This document shows positions 1-12,834 of a stretch of 64,000 bases of DNA, in pieces. The position numbers and the translations under genes were made by a program. Location: contig JAHLTZ010000045.1 in the NCBI GenBank assembly GCA_025786725.1, forward strand, positions 1 to 64,000, in the 5' to 3' direction. The notes below the pieces were generated by a model. The model did not search any database, had not been told where the DNA came from, and was given only the letters and a program-made list of their open reading frames with translations. Positions within the stretch are counted from its first letter, which is position 1; the number at the start of each line of letters is the position of its first letter. The DNA comes from Syncephalis fuscata S228 (Eukaryota; Fungi; Zoopagomycota).

Positions 1-1622
1 CATTAAGAATCGAAGACCTAAGTCCTGATTTTGGCACAGTAAGTCAGCAATATTAACATATTAAGTCTATACATTAACACATTTCTAGACAATCAACAGC
101 AAATATGCTGTAACGGACCAACGGCTTGGTTCGTAAGTACTTATATCATTTAAATTAGCATATTGATAACATGAAAATAGTGGTGCTTTTGCAGCGTATT
201 TTATGGAGAAATGCGCAGCAACAAGGCGCCAATTGCCATAAAAATTTCAAATAAGAAAAAAACTGCGGAGGCAGTCAGAAAAGGTTACGTAAATAGCTTT
301 GCCGATGAAAGCACCATACTCAGTATGGCGCAAGGACATCAAGCCATTATTCAAGTAGTTGATGCGCATGAAACAACAATGTACAGCTACTTGGTGCTTG
401 AGTATGTAGCTGGCGGAGATTTACACAACCATTGTGCACAACATGGCCCTCTTCTTGAAGATGAGGCTAGGCACATTTTTAAACAGCTGCTGGAAGCAGT
501 AAAGGTAAGTAACAACATAATACAATAATTTATTAATGACTTTTGAATAGTTTTTACACAGTAAGCATATTGTTCACTGTGGTAAGTTGAAATGAGTGTT
601 TATTATTGCTACTAACAAATATCATTGTTAATCGTATTGCTATCAAATAGATATAAAGGTAAGTACTTGAAATGTTAACAATGACTGAAATTAACCGTGT
701 CTACATTAGCCAGCAAATATATTGCTGCGAAAGTGCATCAACAACCCAGCGATTGTCCTTACAGATTTTGGTGCTGCTTGGAAAATTGTTCCAGATTCAC
801 CGCCACCACAAAAAAGAAGCGTGGAACACTAGGTTATATGGCACCAGAAATGGTTCTAAAATCAGCTCTTAAAAAACTAGCAATTGCAAAAGCTAAAGAA
901 ATTGATATTAATCTGCAAGCAGCCTTGAATACAATGGAACTGACAGCCAGCAATTGCCACCAAGTTGATGTGTGGAGCCTTGGTGCTACATTACATTACA
1001 TGCTATCAAGTAAGTGATTATAAAACTGTCATTTTTTACTAATGCCTTTATATTTAGATACATTACCATATGTAAAAAATAGTAATGAAGATGTTATCGT
1101 CGAGGATTATGCTCTAGATTTACTAAACAATCCTTTGGAATTCGATGATACTTGGGAAGCAGTATCAGAAGAAGGTAAATAAATCAAACAATAATTATAT
1201 AGAACTAATATTTATTGCTTACTAGGACGCAAACTGGTGCGCGATCTTCTTGCTCTTAACAGCGATTCACGTATCACTATTGAGCAGGCATTGGCAAGTT
1301 CTTGGTTTAACAAGCCACAAGATACGGTTGCTGAAGCTGATGTGGCTCAAGAAGAACAAGAAGAATTGGCATTGAAGTCACCAGAAAAAGAGGCCAAGAT
1401 AAAACCAAGCCAACAGCAAGAGAGTAATCAAACTGAAGACGATAAAGAAGCCGAAGAGACAACAGCTTGCCAAGAGGCTTCCACACCTCAGCGTGGTATT
1501 AAGCGGCCACATTCAATGACTGCTGATACTCAGGAAAAACGAGTGAAAATCAGCAATGGATGTAAGTGTTTATTAAGTCGTTGCTATGTAAACTAACCAA
1601 CTAATTAGGCACCATCTTGTAA
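1..1622 (+). CDS. Ser/Thr protein kinase, CAMK/Chk2-like, multi-exon, 5'-partial, predicted C-terminal CaaX (CTIL)
   Basis: Spliced motifs: LGSGAF.V, IAIK, LVLEYVAGGDL, HCDIKPANIL (exons 551-581, 651-658, 710-), DFG, GTLGYMAPE, DVWSLG, RITIEQAL. Needs 1-nt frameshifts near 190 and 795. Last intron 1562-1608, stop 1620-1622. Confidence 0.85.
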
Positions 1623-1877
1623 ATATTCATATTAGTGTATTTAGTTTATAAAGTACAAAAAACAATAAATATTATATTTTTACTATATATGCTTCTATTC
1701 CATTACATTGCATACAATATAATTATTTAAATAATAAATTTAGTCATCTAAATGCAATTTATTACTCATTTATTGTACTTCGGTGGTTAAATAACTGCAT
1801 TTAATAACATTCATACATTTAAATTAAACTTTTTTTCTATTGAACAGGAAACAAAAGTAATTCACATCAGGGTCCAA

Positions 1878-1958
1878 AATACTCATCATTATAGATTCAT
1901 TATTCAGTATACATACACTCTATTCATTTATATCATCCCATTCTATTCCATGCTATCA
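1878..1958 (+). repeat. Copy of a short dispersed AT-rich repeat family
   Basis: AATACTCATCATTATAGATT...TATATCAT(T)CCCATTCTATTCCA also occurs at ~6100-6225 (+), 32362-32439 (+), 32609-32674 (-) and ~44775-44885 (-). Confidence 0.65.
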
Positions 1959-2458
1959 TATATGCTTTCTTACCATACATTCATTATTTTATATATCATT
2001 TATACCCTCCTAGTCTTCCGCTACCCAAACTGTTTTTATTTTGTTCTAGCAGTATTATTATTAAAATTAAACTATTTTGCTTATTGCTCATTCATACATA
2101 CATTATAACTTCAGCGCTGCTATTCACTCTAATATATCTATCCTATTATTCAATGCTCGCATATTATTCAGAGTTGTTTTCTGTTTCTTTCTAACTTTGT
2201 TTTTTATAAATTTCAACTTATTATGTTCATTTCGCTGTTATAAATACTATAAATTCAGTACCAGTGTTTATGTACTTTCATGGCATATTCATATAACTTT
2301 TAAATCATTGTTTTTATTATTCAGTTGTAATGGTCAGTACAATACTAATAAATACATGTGGATTTGTATTGATAATATATATTAAAATAAACATAGTAGC
2401 ACTAACAACAAATTACATACTGCTTATTTATCAAATATACTAATTATTATATAATAGA

Positions 2459-2893
2459 AGCTATTGTACTTTGACTCCCACATTTTTCTTTACTCATTTC
2501 ATCATCTTTTCTTAAATTTTAATATAATTAAACACTTATTCATTACTATATGTATAATATTGCATCAACATTAATTGATTCATTTAATTATCATAAATAA
2601 TGCAATTAATTAGTTATCTTTATTATTGCTTTAATATATATATATATAATTATAATATTAATTGTTCAAAATGTCATTTATTTAGTCAGATTGGCTATAG
2701 GAAAAGTGACTTTTAATAAACGACATTTATAATAATTGTATTAATATTGATTTTACATCATAAATACACCCAAAATGTAATAGCAGAATATTAGAAAATA
2801 AAAGAGACCATTCAAATACAATAACAACAAATGCGGAATGACATGGAATTGCAATCATATGGCTTCTATTAATATTCGACCAATCTTTTTACA
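2459..2893 (+). repeat. Diverged dispersed repeat; inverted copy at ~12835-13218
   Basis: For example ATGGAATTGCAATCATATGGCTTCTA and GATTTTACATCA are reverse-complemented at 12.85-12.98 kb; colinear over ~400 bp. Confidence 0.8.
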
Positions 2894-3831
2894 CATGGCA
2901 ACAACAACAATAATGATCAACCTCAAGTGTTTCAAAAAAATCAAATAGTATGTCACATTATGTATTCAAATCAATTTATTAGCAATGTTTTAATAGAAAG
3001 TAATATTGTAACAATTACATAGAAATTTTTTAATTAAACATGTGTGAGACATGCATACGAGATCTACAATGCCACTTACTATTAGCCTTATTATCAGTAT
3101 TTATTAGTAACATTTTAATAAACGATATGCCTTTTTGTCCAAAATTTATTTTTGTCTCCATTACGTATAAAAACCATTACCCATAAATTTACCGTATTGA
3201 CCAATATCAATTACGGCAGAATTTTACAATATGAACACGCGCGTGTTAGCGCAAAAACAAACATTCAATACCATTCAATAGATAAATTATTGAAATAATG
3301 CGTGTATTGCACCGCATTCAATATGTCAAGCCTGACCGTCAGGTATTGCCTAACAAATTACATATTTTAATCATGCTAAATGCAAACAATAAACAACACA
3401 CATAAACGCGTGACTAAATGAATCGCTAACTATATAATAACAAAATAAACATTTAATAAATAATTAACAATCCATTTTATTTCAATTCAATCCATTCTAT
3501 TGTCCTTTTCATTCTAAAAATTCATTATTCACGATGAGAGAAACAAAAGAACCTAAATAGACCGGCTTAAAGAAAGGAATACTACGTGATGGTGCAGCAT
3601 ACACGTCTAATTCACTAAAAAAGAATGTTATTGCAAAACAAAATATCATTTTGTTCAATTGAACTATGCAGTGCTTCGGTGGTAAAATGGAAATGCCAAA
3701 TGGGAATGTAAAGTTTTAATGAAATTGTTTAATGTGTAGCAGACAGACAGTGACAATACCAATCACCTATCACCGTAGTATAACGCTAGGTGATAGAATT
3801 TAATAAAATTTGAATTAAAAAGTAATAAAGC

Positions 3832-5320
3832 ATTGCTAATAATACGTGTAACTTTACGTAGAATAAATAATATGTATGATATTTTGCACAAGTATGCATA
3901 TGACATATAGGTAGCTATTGGCAAAGTATACCGTAGTTGTATTGTGTGATAGTGCAATGACTATGATATTACACTAATTAATGTGTAAAAATAATAGTTT
4001 TTAGCCATTTATGGCTTATATAGCTAAAATATAGTAAAATAATTGCCGGATTCAAGTTCTCCATGCTTAGCTGATCAGATTGGTATAAAACACAGAACGG
4101 CAATTTTTGAAAAAACAATTAGCTAAAAATGCAATTTACATATTTTCAATGCACGAAGTCAAACATTGACAAAATTACGTATAATTTTATGTAGAATAAA
4201 GCAAATTGTTTTATATTTTGCACAAGTATGCATATGACATAAATATAGCTATTGATAAAGTATAGCATAACTGTATTGTGTAACAAGGTAATAGTTGCTA
4301 TTATACGCTAATAAATGTGTAAGAATAACAGTTTTTAGTCATTCATGGTTTATATACTTAAAATACAGCAAAATGATTGTTGAATTTGAATTTTCCATGC
4401 TTGGTTATACAGATTGGTATAAGAAATAGAACAATGATTTTTGCAAAAAATGTTGGTCAAAAATGCAATTTACGTGTAAATTAGTTAGCAAAGATTTACG
4501 TTATGCATAAATGTATATGACATAAATTGTCACAGCACATTGGTATTCCTTCATAATAACTTGTTATTATTATTTGTTATAGTATTGTATAGCATTTCGG
4601 ATTTACTTAGTTTAAATTTATTTTTAATATTAGATTGTAAAATCATGAAGTTTAATAAGTTTTTCGTTAATTGATAACACGTAAATTGCATTTTCGACCA
4701 ACATTTTTTGCAAAAATCATTGTTCTATTTCTTATACAATATGTATAACCAAGCATGGAAAATTCAAATTCAACAATCATTTTGCTGTATTTTAAGTATA
4801 TAAACCATGAATGACTAAAAACTGTTATTCTTACACATTTATTAGCGTATAATAGCAACTATTACCTTGTTACACAATACAGTTATGCTATACTTTATCA
4901 ATAGCTATATTTATGTCATATGCATACTTGTGCAAAATATAAAACAATTTGCTTTATTCTACATAAAATTATACGTAATTTTGTCAATGTTTGACTTCGT
5001 GCATTGAAAATATGTAAATTGCATTTTTAGCTAATTGTTTTTTCAAAAATTGCCGTTCTGTTTTTATACCAATCTGATCAGCTAAGCATGGAGAACTTGA
5101 ATCCGGCAATTATTTTACTATATTTTAGCTATATAAGCCATAAATGGCTAAAAACTATTATTTTTACACATTAATTAGTGTAATATCATAGTCATTGCAC
5201 TATCACACAATACAACTACGGTATACTTTGCCAATAGCTACCTATATGTCATATGCATACTTGTGCAAAATATCATACATATTAATTTATTCTACGTAAG
5301 TTACACGTATTATTAGCAAT
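3832..5320. repeat. Foldback/palindromic element: ~645-bp near-identical inverted arms (3832-4477 and 4677-5320), 199-bp spacer, each arm made of two diverged ~330-bp subunits
   Basis: Direct reverse-complement match of the arms with few mismatches. Internal repeat, e.g. ATTTTGCACAAGTATGCATATGACATA at ~3881 and ~4215. Confidence 0.95.
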
Positions 5321-6099
5321 AATTTAATAGATAAATTATTACTATTGTTTTTTGCTTTAGATATCATTAATTTTCAGCATTTATTTACATTAGAAACACT
5401 ATTTTAAGCCGGCTATAGATATCGAAAATAAGTAATTACATTTCTATAATGCTCATAGTTTTTGGAGATAGCAAATGTTACATTCTTACAATATGCATGA
5501 ATATTATGCGTCGATAGTAAGATTATATATGCTGTAACCTCAACGCTGCTAATCCTATAGTTTTTATTTTGTATTCGTTCTATTCTATATCGTTTATTTA
5601 TCAGTAGTTACGTATTATTCATAGCTGTTGTCAGTCAGTCTTTAATTCAATTACCAATATTTTTTATAAACTTTTTATTGAGCCATGCAGGCGGATAAAA
5701 CAATAATATGAGTATGGATAAACTTGTTGTTTGATTAGAAGTATTTATTAAATTGATTATTTATGGCTAATAATTGCTGGACTAGTTAAAATCAAATAGG
5801 TCGATATGAAACTGTGGAAGGCTATAGAATAAAAACAATGTAAATATCCATATTGCAACACTGCGAGAATGTAACGATATGTTAATATTTATAACAGAAA
5901 TATTTATACAGAAAAACCACGATAATAAATTTGACGCCCAATATAACTTATTACGCATCCCATATTCAATAAAACGAATTTGTAGTTTAATTGTGCAAAT
6001 ATAGTGCAAATATAGTCGTTTAACCATGGCTATTACTGCAAACATTTTAATGGTTTAGTATAATTTAGATACTAAACGATTATTTTAATAACATCCAAT

Positions 6100-6225
6100 C
6101 TATTGAACATGATGATGGATGGTGAGTGATATCAATCATCAAATACTCATTATTGTAGATTATTATTCAATATGCATATATCCACCATTTACCTATATCA
6201 TTCCCATTCTATTCCACACTATTTG
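6100..6225 (+). repeat. Copy of the short dispersed repeat family
   Basis: TTGAACATGATGATGGATGGTGAGTGATATCA...AATACTCATTATTGTAGATT matches the reverse complement of 32609-32674 and matches 1878-1958. Confidence 0.7.
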
Positions 6226-7137
6226 TTTTGCTTTATATCATTTTTTAATTCACAGTTAAATTCACAGTATAGATAGTTAAATAAAAGCAAGAAATTATGG
6301 AATGCAATGCTTAATTAAACCGTATGTTTAGTAATGGTAGTATGTAGCATAATAAATATAATGAACAAATAATAGCTTAGCATTGAAGCTCATCTATACA
6401 TGCTTAACGGGTAAATGTTATTGGAGAATAATTAAATTTAGAAATATTAAATCATTGAATTATTTAGTAGTAATTTAATAAGCGAGTGATAAACTGTCAT
6501 TGAAATTCCTCTGTTCATAACAGATAAACAGCTATCGGAGAATCATTAAGCGACTACCATAATTAATTCTATTTCTATAACTGGATATTGTAGATTATTA
6601 AATTACTAGTTTCAGCATTAAATTCATAACCGCTACTATCCGGTATACATTAATAGGCTAATAATAGTTCATCAATATAGCTTCTAGCACAAGTATATTA
6701 AGTAGTTAGAAGCATCAACTTTACCATCAAACGACAATGGAAATAATAATCGAAGTTTCCAAGATCTAAATGGCCCCGCAACTACAATATATATAGCAAT
6801 AGACAACGTGTTAGTAGCACTTTCAACATGTGAACAAAATTACTAAAAATGCTGCCTTAGCCGTCGTGGCAGCGGAGCAAATGAAGTTTTGCTTGTATTG
6901 GAATATAAATTTAAAAAAGCCATAACGAGTAGCAAAAAAAACAATCAGCGCAGGATTAGCTGACCACGTGTCCGGCCGTTTACTTGATTAGCTATCGGTC
7001 AGCATGCTACAGAAACAACCACCTGAATGGCGTTGGCGGTGTCGCAAAGGTATAAAAATAGCTGGAAGACAATGAAGCCACAGGTCGCACCAATTTCGAT
7101 AATCACAAAGGCTGGACGACAAATACTGCAGGCTAGG

Positions 7138-9090
7138 ATGAGCCGTTCTCTTTTCGTTATTCTTTTCACTCTCTTCATCTTTCTCGCAATGACGCAAGAA
7201 CTTGACCAAACATCCATTGTGCAAGCGGAGGCGGCAGTTACCAAAACAGCCACCGTAACTACGACCACGACCACGCAGAGGTTTAACGAAAAGGTCGCCC
7301 ACTCCAACGAAATAATTACTGGAGAGCAGGTCATAAGTAGCACCAATGTTACTACGGAGGTAACCGTTATTACCAAGGAGGAAATAGCAAAGGACGATAA
7401 GCTATATAAGCAGTGTCTACTCTTTCCTACCTATGCCTACTGGAGTTCGCGTGTTGGTAAGTGGCGTGTTTAATAGTAAACAGTTTATTTATCATGTTAT
7501 GTGATCTATGTAGAAAATGGCGAAGGAGATGCAGGTGAATGGACCGTCAAAACCAACGGATGGATATTTGGCTTTCCTAGGAAAAGCAACCGTCGTCGCT
7601 TAGCACTAGGTAAATAGTTTATGGTTATGATAGTCGTTGGCACATAGCACTAATATAATTTATACGAATTAGGTATCGCACGTGTATTGGGCGGTCTTAG
7701 TACTAATGACGAGCATTATACTCACTTTGAGCAACGTACCCGTATGTTCTTTGCTGTCGATACGCCCGATGAGCCAGTGCGTATCCAAGCCATTGGTGTG
7801 ACAACACCAGAAAAGTTTGAATTGGACGGTGATCCAGCCGATCATATCTACAGTGAAGGTTGTGGTGATGACTGTGATGATGATAAATCGGACACATCAT
7901 CCAACGATGAAAAGCTGCCATTGCCACCACGGCCAGCTACACCGGACAATGCACCATCAATGGAACTACTTGCCGATTCGGGTTACTTGCGTGGCCATTT
8001 GCGTGTTGATGGCGACTTGGTCAAGCAGTGGCACAACTCTTCTGAAAGCGGCAAAGAGCGTACACTTCTTAAACTGCGTGCCTTTTTTGCTGGCGAACCA
8101 CAAACGCCTACCTATGGCGTAGTTAATCTTATTAGCCCACATGGTATTTCAGTTATTTCCGATATTGATGATACCATCAAAATGACAGGTATTTTACATG
8201 GTGTAAAGACGGTGCTGGGTAATACATTCTTCAAAAAAACAACCGACGTGCCAGGCATGGCTAGTGTCTACAACGAATGGTATAAGCGTGGCGTTGCCTT
8301 CCATTACGTAAGCAACGGTCCATGGCAACTCTACCCAATGCTTGACCAGTTCTTCCGTGAACATCAATTCCCACCAGGTGCTGCTCATTTGCGCATGTAC
8401 GACGGCATTTCTGCAGTATTGCAAGATGTACCAGGCCAGACCAAGCAAGATCGTATTATTGATATATTTAACGATTTCCCACATCGCCGCTTCATTCTCG
8501 TTGGTGACTCGGGCGAGAAAGACCCAGAAGTGTACGCGGATATTGCTAAACGTTTCCCTGATCGAGTTGTTTGTATTTTTATTCACGATGTGACAACTCC
8601 TATGCTGCTCGATCAGGTGCAAATCAAGATGGAGACGGCAGTTGGTAAAACAACTAGCCGATCATCCTCACCAACCGCTGATGGAGCTGCTGTACAGAAG
8701 AAAGACGGTGAAAGCGACGTGGAAAAGGAGAACGATTTTGGCCAGCGCATCCGCAGCCGACTCAGTAAGCTTAAAGAGCAGTTTCACAAAGACTTGCACG
8801 AAGGATCGGAAACGGTTGCCGATTTGTTTGACTGGGCCGACGATAAAGTTGATGATGCGCAGAATGACTTGAACGTTAAGATTGATGAGCTGGCCGAGCA
8901 TAGTCGCAAGGCGCTTTTGGAATTCCGAAAGCGTATTCATGACGTGTTTGACGGTCTTAAGGACTGGCGACTATTCATGGATGCTAAGGAGATGTTATCG
9001 CACGAGAAGGTTCATACAGTTTTTGATAAGCCATCTGTAGCCCAAGCTGAAGCACAAGAGCCAGCCACCCAAGCCGATCCAATTCAATAG
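7138..9090 (+). CDS. APP1: App1-like Mg-dependent phosphatidate phosphatase (DUF2183) with N-terminal hydrophobic segment
   Basis: GISVISDIDDTIK (DxDxT), FHYVSNGPWQLY, FILVGDSGEKDPEVY. Introns 7457-7513 and 7610-7672 keep frame. An upstream in-frame ATG at 7027 is possible. Confidence 0.85.
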
Positions 9091-9387
9091 GATATTTTTA
9101 TTGACGAATATTGTTTAAAGAATTATTAATGCAATAAAGCAACAATTAATTGTTAGTTTATTTACTTTAACATAATCAATTCTTATCAAATTGTGGCTGT
9201 TTATTGATAATTAGCAATTGTAGCATTATTAATTTTACCACATAGTACTTGTTAATAATGTGCTACATTTATAAGCAGTATTGGTTAAATTAGATTAAAT
9301 TGTTACTGTGATGTTTGTTTATTTACTGAAAAGACGCCTTCACGTGACGTTATCATTTTCGTGTTTTTCTTTTTCATTTCAGCTAAG

Positions 9388-10988
9388 ATGCATGCTAAAA
9401 CACCGCACACAAGCAGTCAGTCTAAACCAAGAGGCCGTCCCAGCAGTTCAAATAAAGGTAGTAATGATATTGCTGTGATACACAAGCACTTATGGCTACT
9501 TTTAGAAAACTATGGCATGTCTGACTATGAATTACAGCGTCAGGAAAATATTGCTAGAAATCAGGAAATGCTTAAGGCATTGAATATCGAAGCAATAATA
9601 CCAAAAGGACCAAAAGATACAGGAGTTGCTACACCAAACTCTGTAGATAAAGGGCGTCGGTAAGTGGTAAAAGTGTGGCAGTAATAGCCAGGAATGCCAG
9701 TTAACTTACATTCAACTTTTACATTTTAAAGAAGTGCTAAACGACAACGCACTACACCTAAATAACGGGTAAGTTGCAATAAGCTTTATTATTTTTATTT
9801 ATTTATTTAAATGGTTTAAAATAAATAATAGATATTGCTACGCCGCGTCGAGCATCTGCTCGTTTAAGAGGTGGACTGCCATCGCCATTACTGCTCGATC
9901 CAGATCAATCGGCCGATTCAGATGCGACAGCAGTAAACTATATGGCAGGTTAATGGCGAGATTATATGTATCAACACAGCTAATTCCATTGGCTAGTAGA
10001 CCGATGATTTGGAAGGCGTACTGCGCTCAGCAGACGAGTATCTTGACGACAAGACCAAGGCATGTGCCGTAAAGGTCGATGGACACTTTCGTGGTATGTA
10101 TCACGGTAAAGCAGCTATTATTAATTTAACTAATTTAATGTGTTCAATTCTTAGGATGGGTTAATGAGGCACTGATAGAAAAGTACGGACTAGAAGCAAG
10201 CGCGGCTGAAGCATGGGAGAAGAACGGTGGCGGTACTTTTTCATTTGATGACCCACTGGGCAATGGTAAGTTATTGTGACGAAGATGCTATTCAAATGCA
10301 CGGCTATTTTGACGCAATTATATTGATTCAGGCACAAAGCGCAAGCTTTCCCGAAAAGTTGCAGGCGGTGTCTCAGAGGCTCGACTGGTATCAAAACAGC
10401 TGTTTAAAAAGAATCCTAATGCTTACTTTTATCGTCATAATGAGCCGGGAGAGGTAGGATTTTAGACAAACTACTAGTTTGTGTACATTAGCTATCTAGT
10501 AACTATAACAATTATAGGAGCAGTGGACTGGCGATTGGAGTAAAGAGGAGGAAGATCTATTTGTTGAAGTATGTACTATAAAGTAATTGTATTGCTTGGT
10601 AATTTATTAATAAGTATTTAGGTGGCAAAAACATACGGTTGTGGCGATAAGGTGGCTTTATTGTCCGTGGCCCAATATATACTAACCAGTAGATGTTATT
10701 AGTGGGGCTTATTTGCTAGTTATATCCCTCATCGAGTAGGTTATCAATGCAGGTAAGTTGATGGAGCAAGCGTTTAGACCGTTTAGCCTTATTTATTATC
10801 ACAATAGTAATCACTATCGGCAAGTGATTCTTCCTTCCGGACGCATTATTGATCCAAACTATCGTGTAATTATCAGATAATTACTATAGCATAGCAATAT
10901 CTAACCTTAATAATAGTTTACATCCAGCGGTCATGCCATCTATATCGGATTTCATCGGCGGCCTAATAGTAATAGTGCTGATGATTAA
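9388..10988 (+). CDS. Myb/SANT-domain protein, many small exons
   Basis: Spliced GDWSKEEEDLFVE-VAKTYGCGDK-WGLFASYIPHRVGYQCS-NHYRQVILPSG. N-terminal MSDYELQRQENIARNQEMLKALNI. Apparent frameshifts; start uncertain (9388 or 9517). Confidence 0.75.
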
Positions 10989-11149
10989 TTTATTTAATAA
11001 AACTGTTGTTGTTTAGTAAATTGCAGTATACAAAAAGTTATAAATTAATTTGCGTGTGCATTTGCTCTTTTATTTATAAGTTTATTTAAGGGCTTTTGAA
11101 TATCTATTGTCAGTGTATTCAATTATGATGAATATTAATAAGTTATATA

Positions 11150-12340
11150 TTGCTACATAGTAAACAATAAATGTAGAATAAGCACGCTGACTCTGGATAA
11201 TTGTGCTAGTTTGATCGTTAACAATAGGTTTATTGTGTTTGGTTGTACCATAAAAGTACCGTCTAATGATATGTGTAGCCATTGTATCCAATATGCTTGT
11301 AGATTGGATAGTACAAAAGTGTCAATCGACTGCTGAGAGTCGTCCAAGGTTTGTACTGAGGCCGTCTATGTACTTTGCTAGATCCTGAAATAATTATTCA
11401 CAATACTGTTAACCATTGAATCAATTTTGGATCGTACTTCATGCTCATAATCTTTTTTAGAATTTACAGCAGTCTTTGGTGGTTGTGGATTTTTATAATT
11501 GTATAACACAATTTGCATGTCATTTCCAATACAAATATCTAGCAATCATGAACATTAGCAAGTCAGTAGTTTATCATTACATGGACGTACTTTCTGGCTG
11601 CAAATCATATAGCCACCCATAGCTATGTAAACTATTTATACCTGGTTTACAATTAATTACCAGGTTATGCTAGAATAGTTTAAATGCTTACCTTCATAAA
11701 ATTGTTCAATTGCACTCTCTTTTCTAGTATTTTTTAAACCTTTAGGAAGCGCATCAAACGCTAATTTATTCTGTTCGAGTGTCCATTTGCATATTTCCGG
11801 AATAATATAGCAAGTGCCATCTTCTAGTTTGAAATAATCCACGGGACGAACAATTAAATTATTGGCCAATGAAAGACCCAGTCTTGCTAAACTAAAGCTC
11901 ATTAAACTCTGTTTTGATATATCAGCTAATTAGTGACTATCTAATAATGCACTGCTAATACGTACTCGATACACTTGCAGAGAACGATCGTTAGGATTGC
12001 TTTGCTTGTCATTGCCACACGCAATGGTGATGGGTTTAACGCCATCGACACCAGTAGTACGGCATACGCCATTAACGCATTTAAATGCAAAATTTATAGA
12101 AACCGAAGATCGACCAAACTCGTTAAATTCATTTCTTGGGATATCGGAAAGATCACTTAGTTTATAAACTTGACGCATGTTAGCAAATATTTTGTTGATA
12201 GATAGTTCATCGACATAGCTACATACAGGGTTTATTCCGACTAGGAGCAGCAGCAGCAGCAGCAGTAGCATCCTGGGCAGTTAATACAATCCTAAGATGT
12301 AGATAGCAATAATAACGTTAAGCTTGTTCAAGAAGATCAT
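11150..12340 (-). CDS. Secreted degenerate protein-kinase-like protein (3' end uncertain)
   Basis: Signal-like start MIFLNKLNVIIAIYILG.VLTAQDATAAA (needs a frameshift near 12288). Spliced QFYEGINSLHSYGWLYDLQPENICIGNDMQIVLYNY resembles kinase subdomains VIa-VII. Confidence 0.55.
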
Positions 12341-12834
12341 TGTATATCAGCTTTTGATCAACGATATATAAATTCGTGAAAAGAAAAGTATGAAATTTAA
12401 AAGTGAATTGAATGGTAGTTGATAGTAGGTAGTCAAGACGAGTATGCTTTCGCTTTATAGCTTAGAACATCGGCATGTGCTGAATAACTTACAAAAGAAA
12501 AGGCATCAAACTTAGTCAACCGTATTTGGAATGCATAAAAGATCGTTTTAAAAATCGGAATATACACGAGGTATATAAACTAGAATATAAAAATAGACAT
12601 GCACATCACAGCCTACCATACGTGAATATAATTCAATCGTGGCCGAATAACACGTTCGGCAGTTTTATTTGAGATTTTTACTCAAATTATACCAAAGTAG
12701 TCTAGTCAAATTGCTTTATATGATGCAACGATGACCATCAACTGGTTATTACCATGCTGTAAACACCGACAAGCCTATTGGTATTGTTTCTATGTTTAGC
12801 TCATATGCTTAAGTGGTTATAAACATTCCACGGC

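Noticed and set aside
2077-2385. 102-aa hydrophobic ORF and similar AT-rich ORFs (5782-6045, 27475-27756, 48375-48759)
   Set aside because: Low-complexity F/I/L/Y composition typical of random AT-rich DNA; no motif support.
3832-5320. CRISPR-like or coding interpretation of the repeats
   Set aside because: Eukaryotic context, long units without spacers, only short AT-rich spurious ORFs.
11930-12271. ORF-track poly-Leu 'signal peptide' MLLLLLLLLLVG
   Set aside because: Probably the wrong frame of a (GCT)n poly-Ala tract; it reads through an intron with a GTATGT donor and CTAAC branch point.
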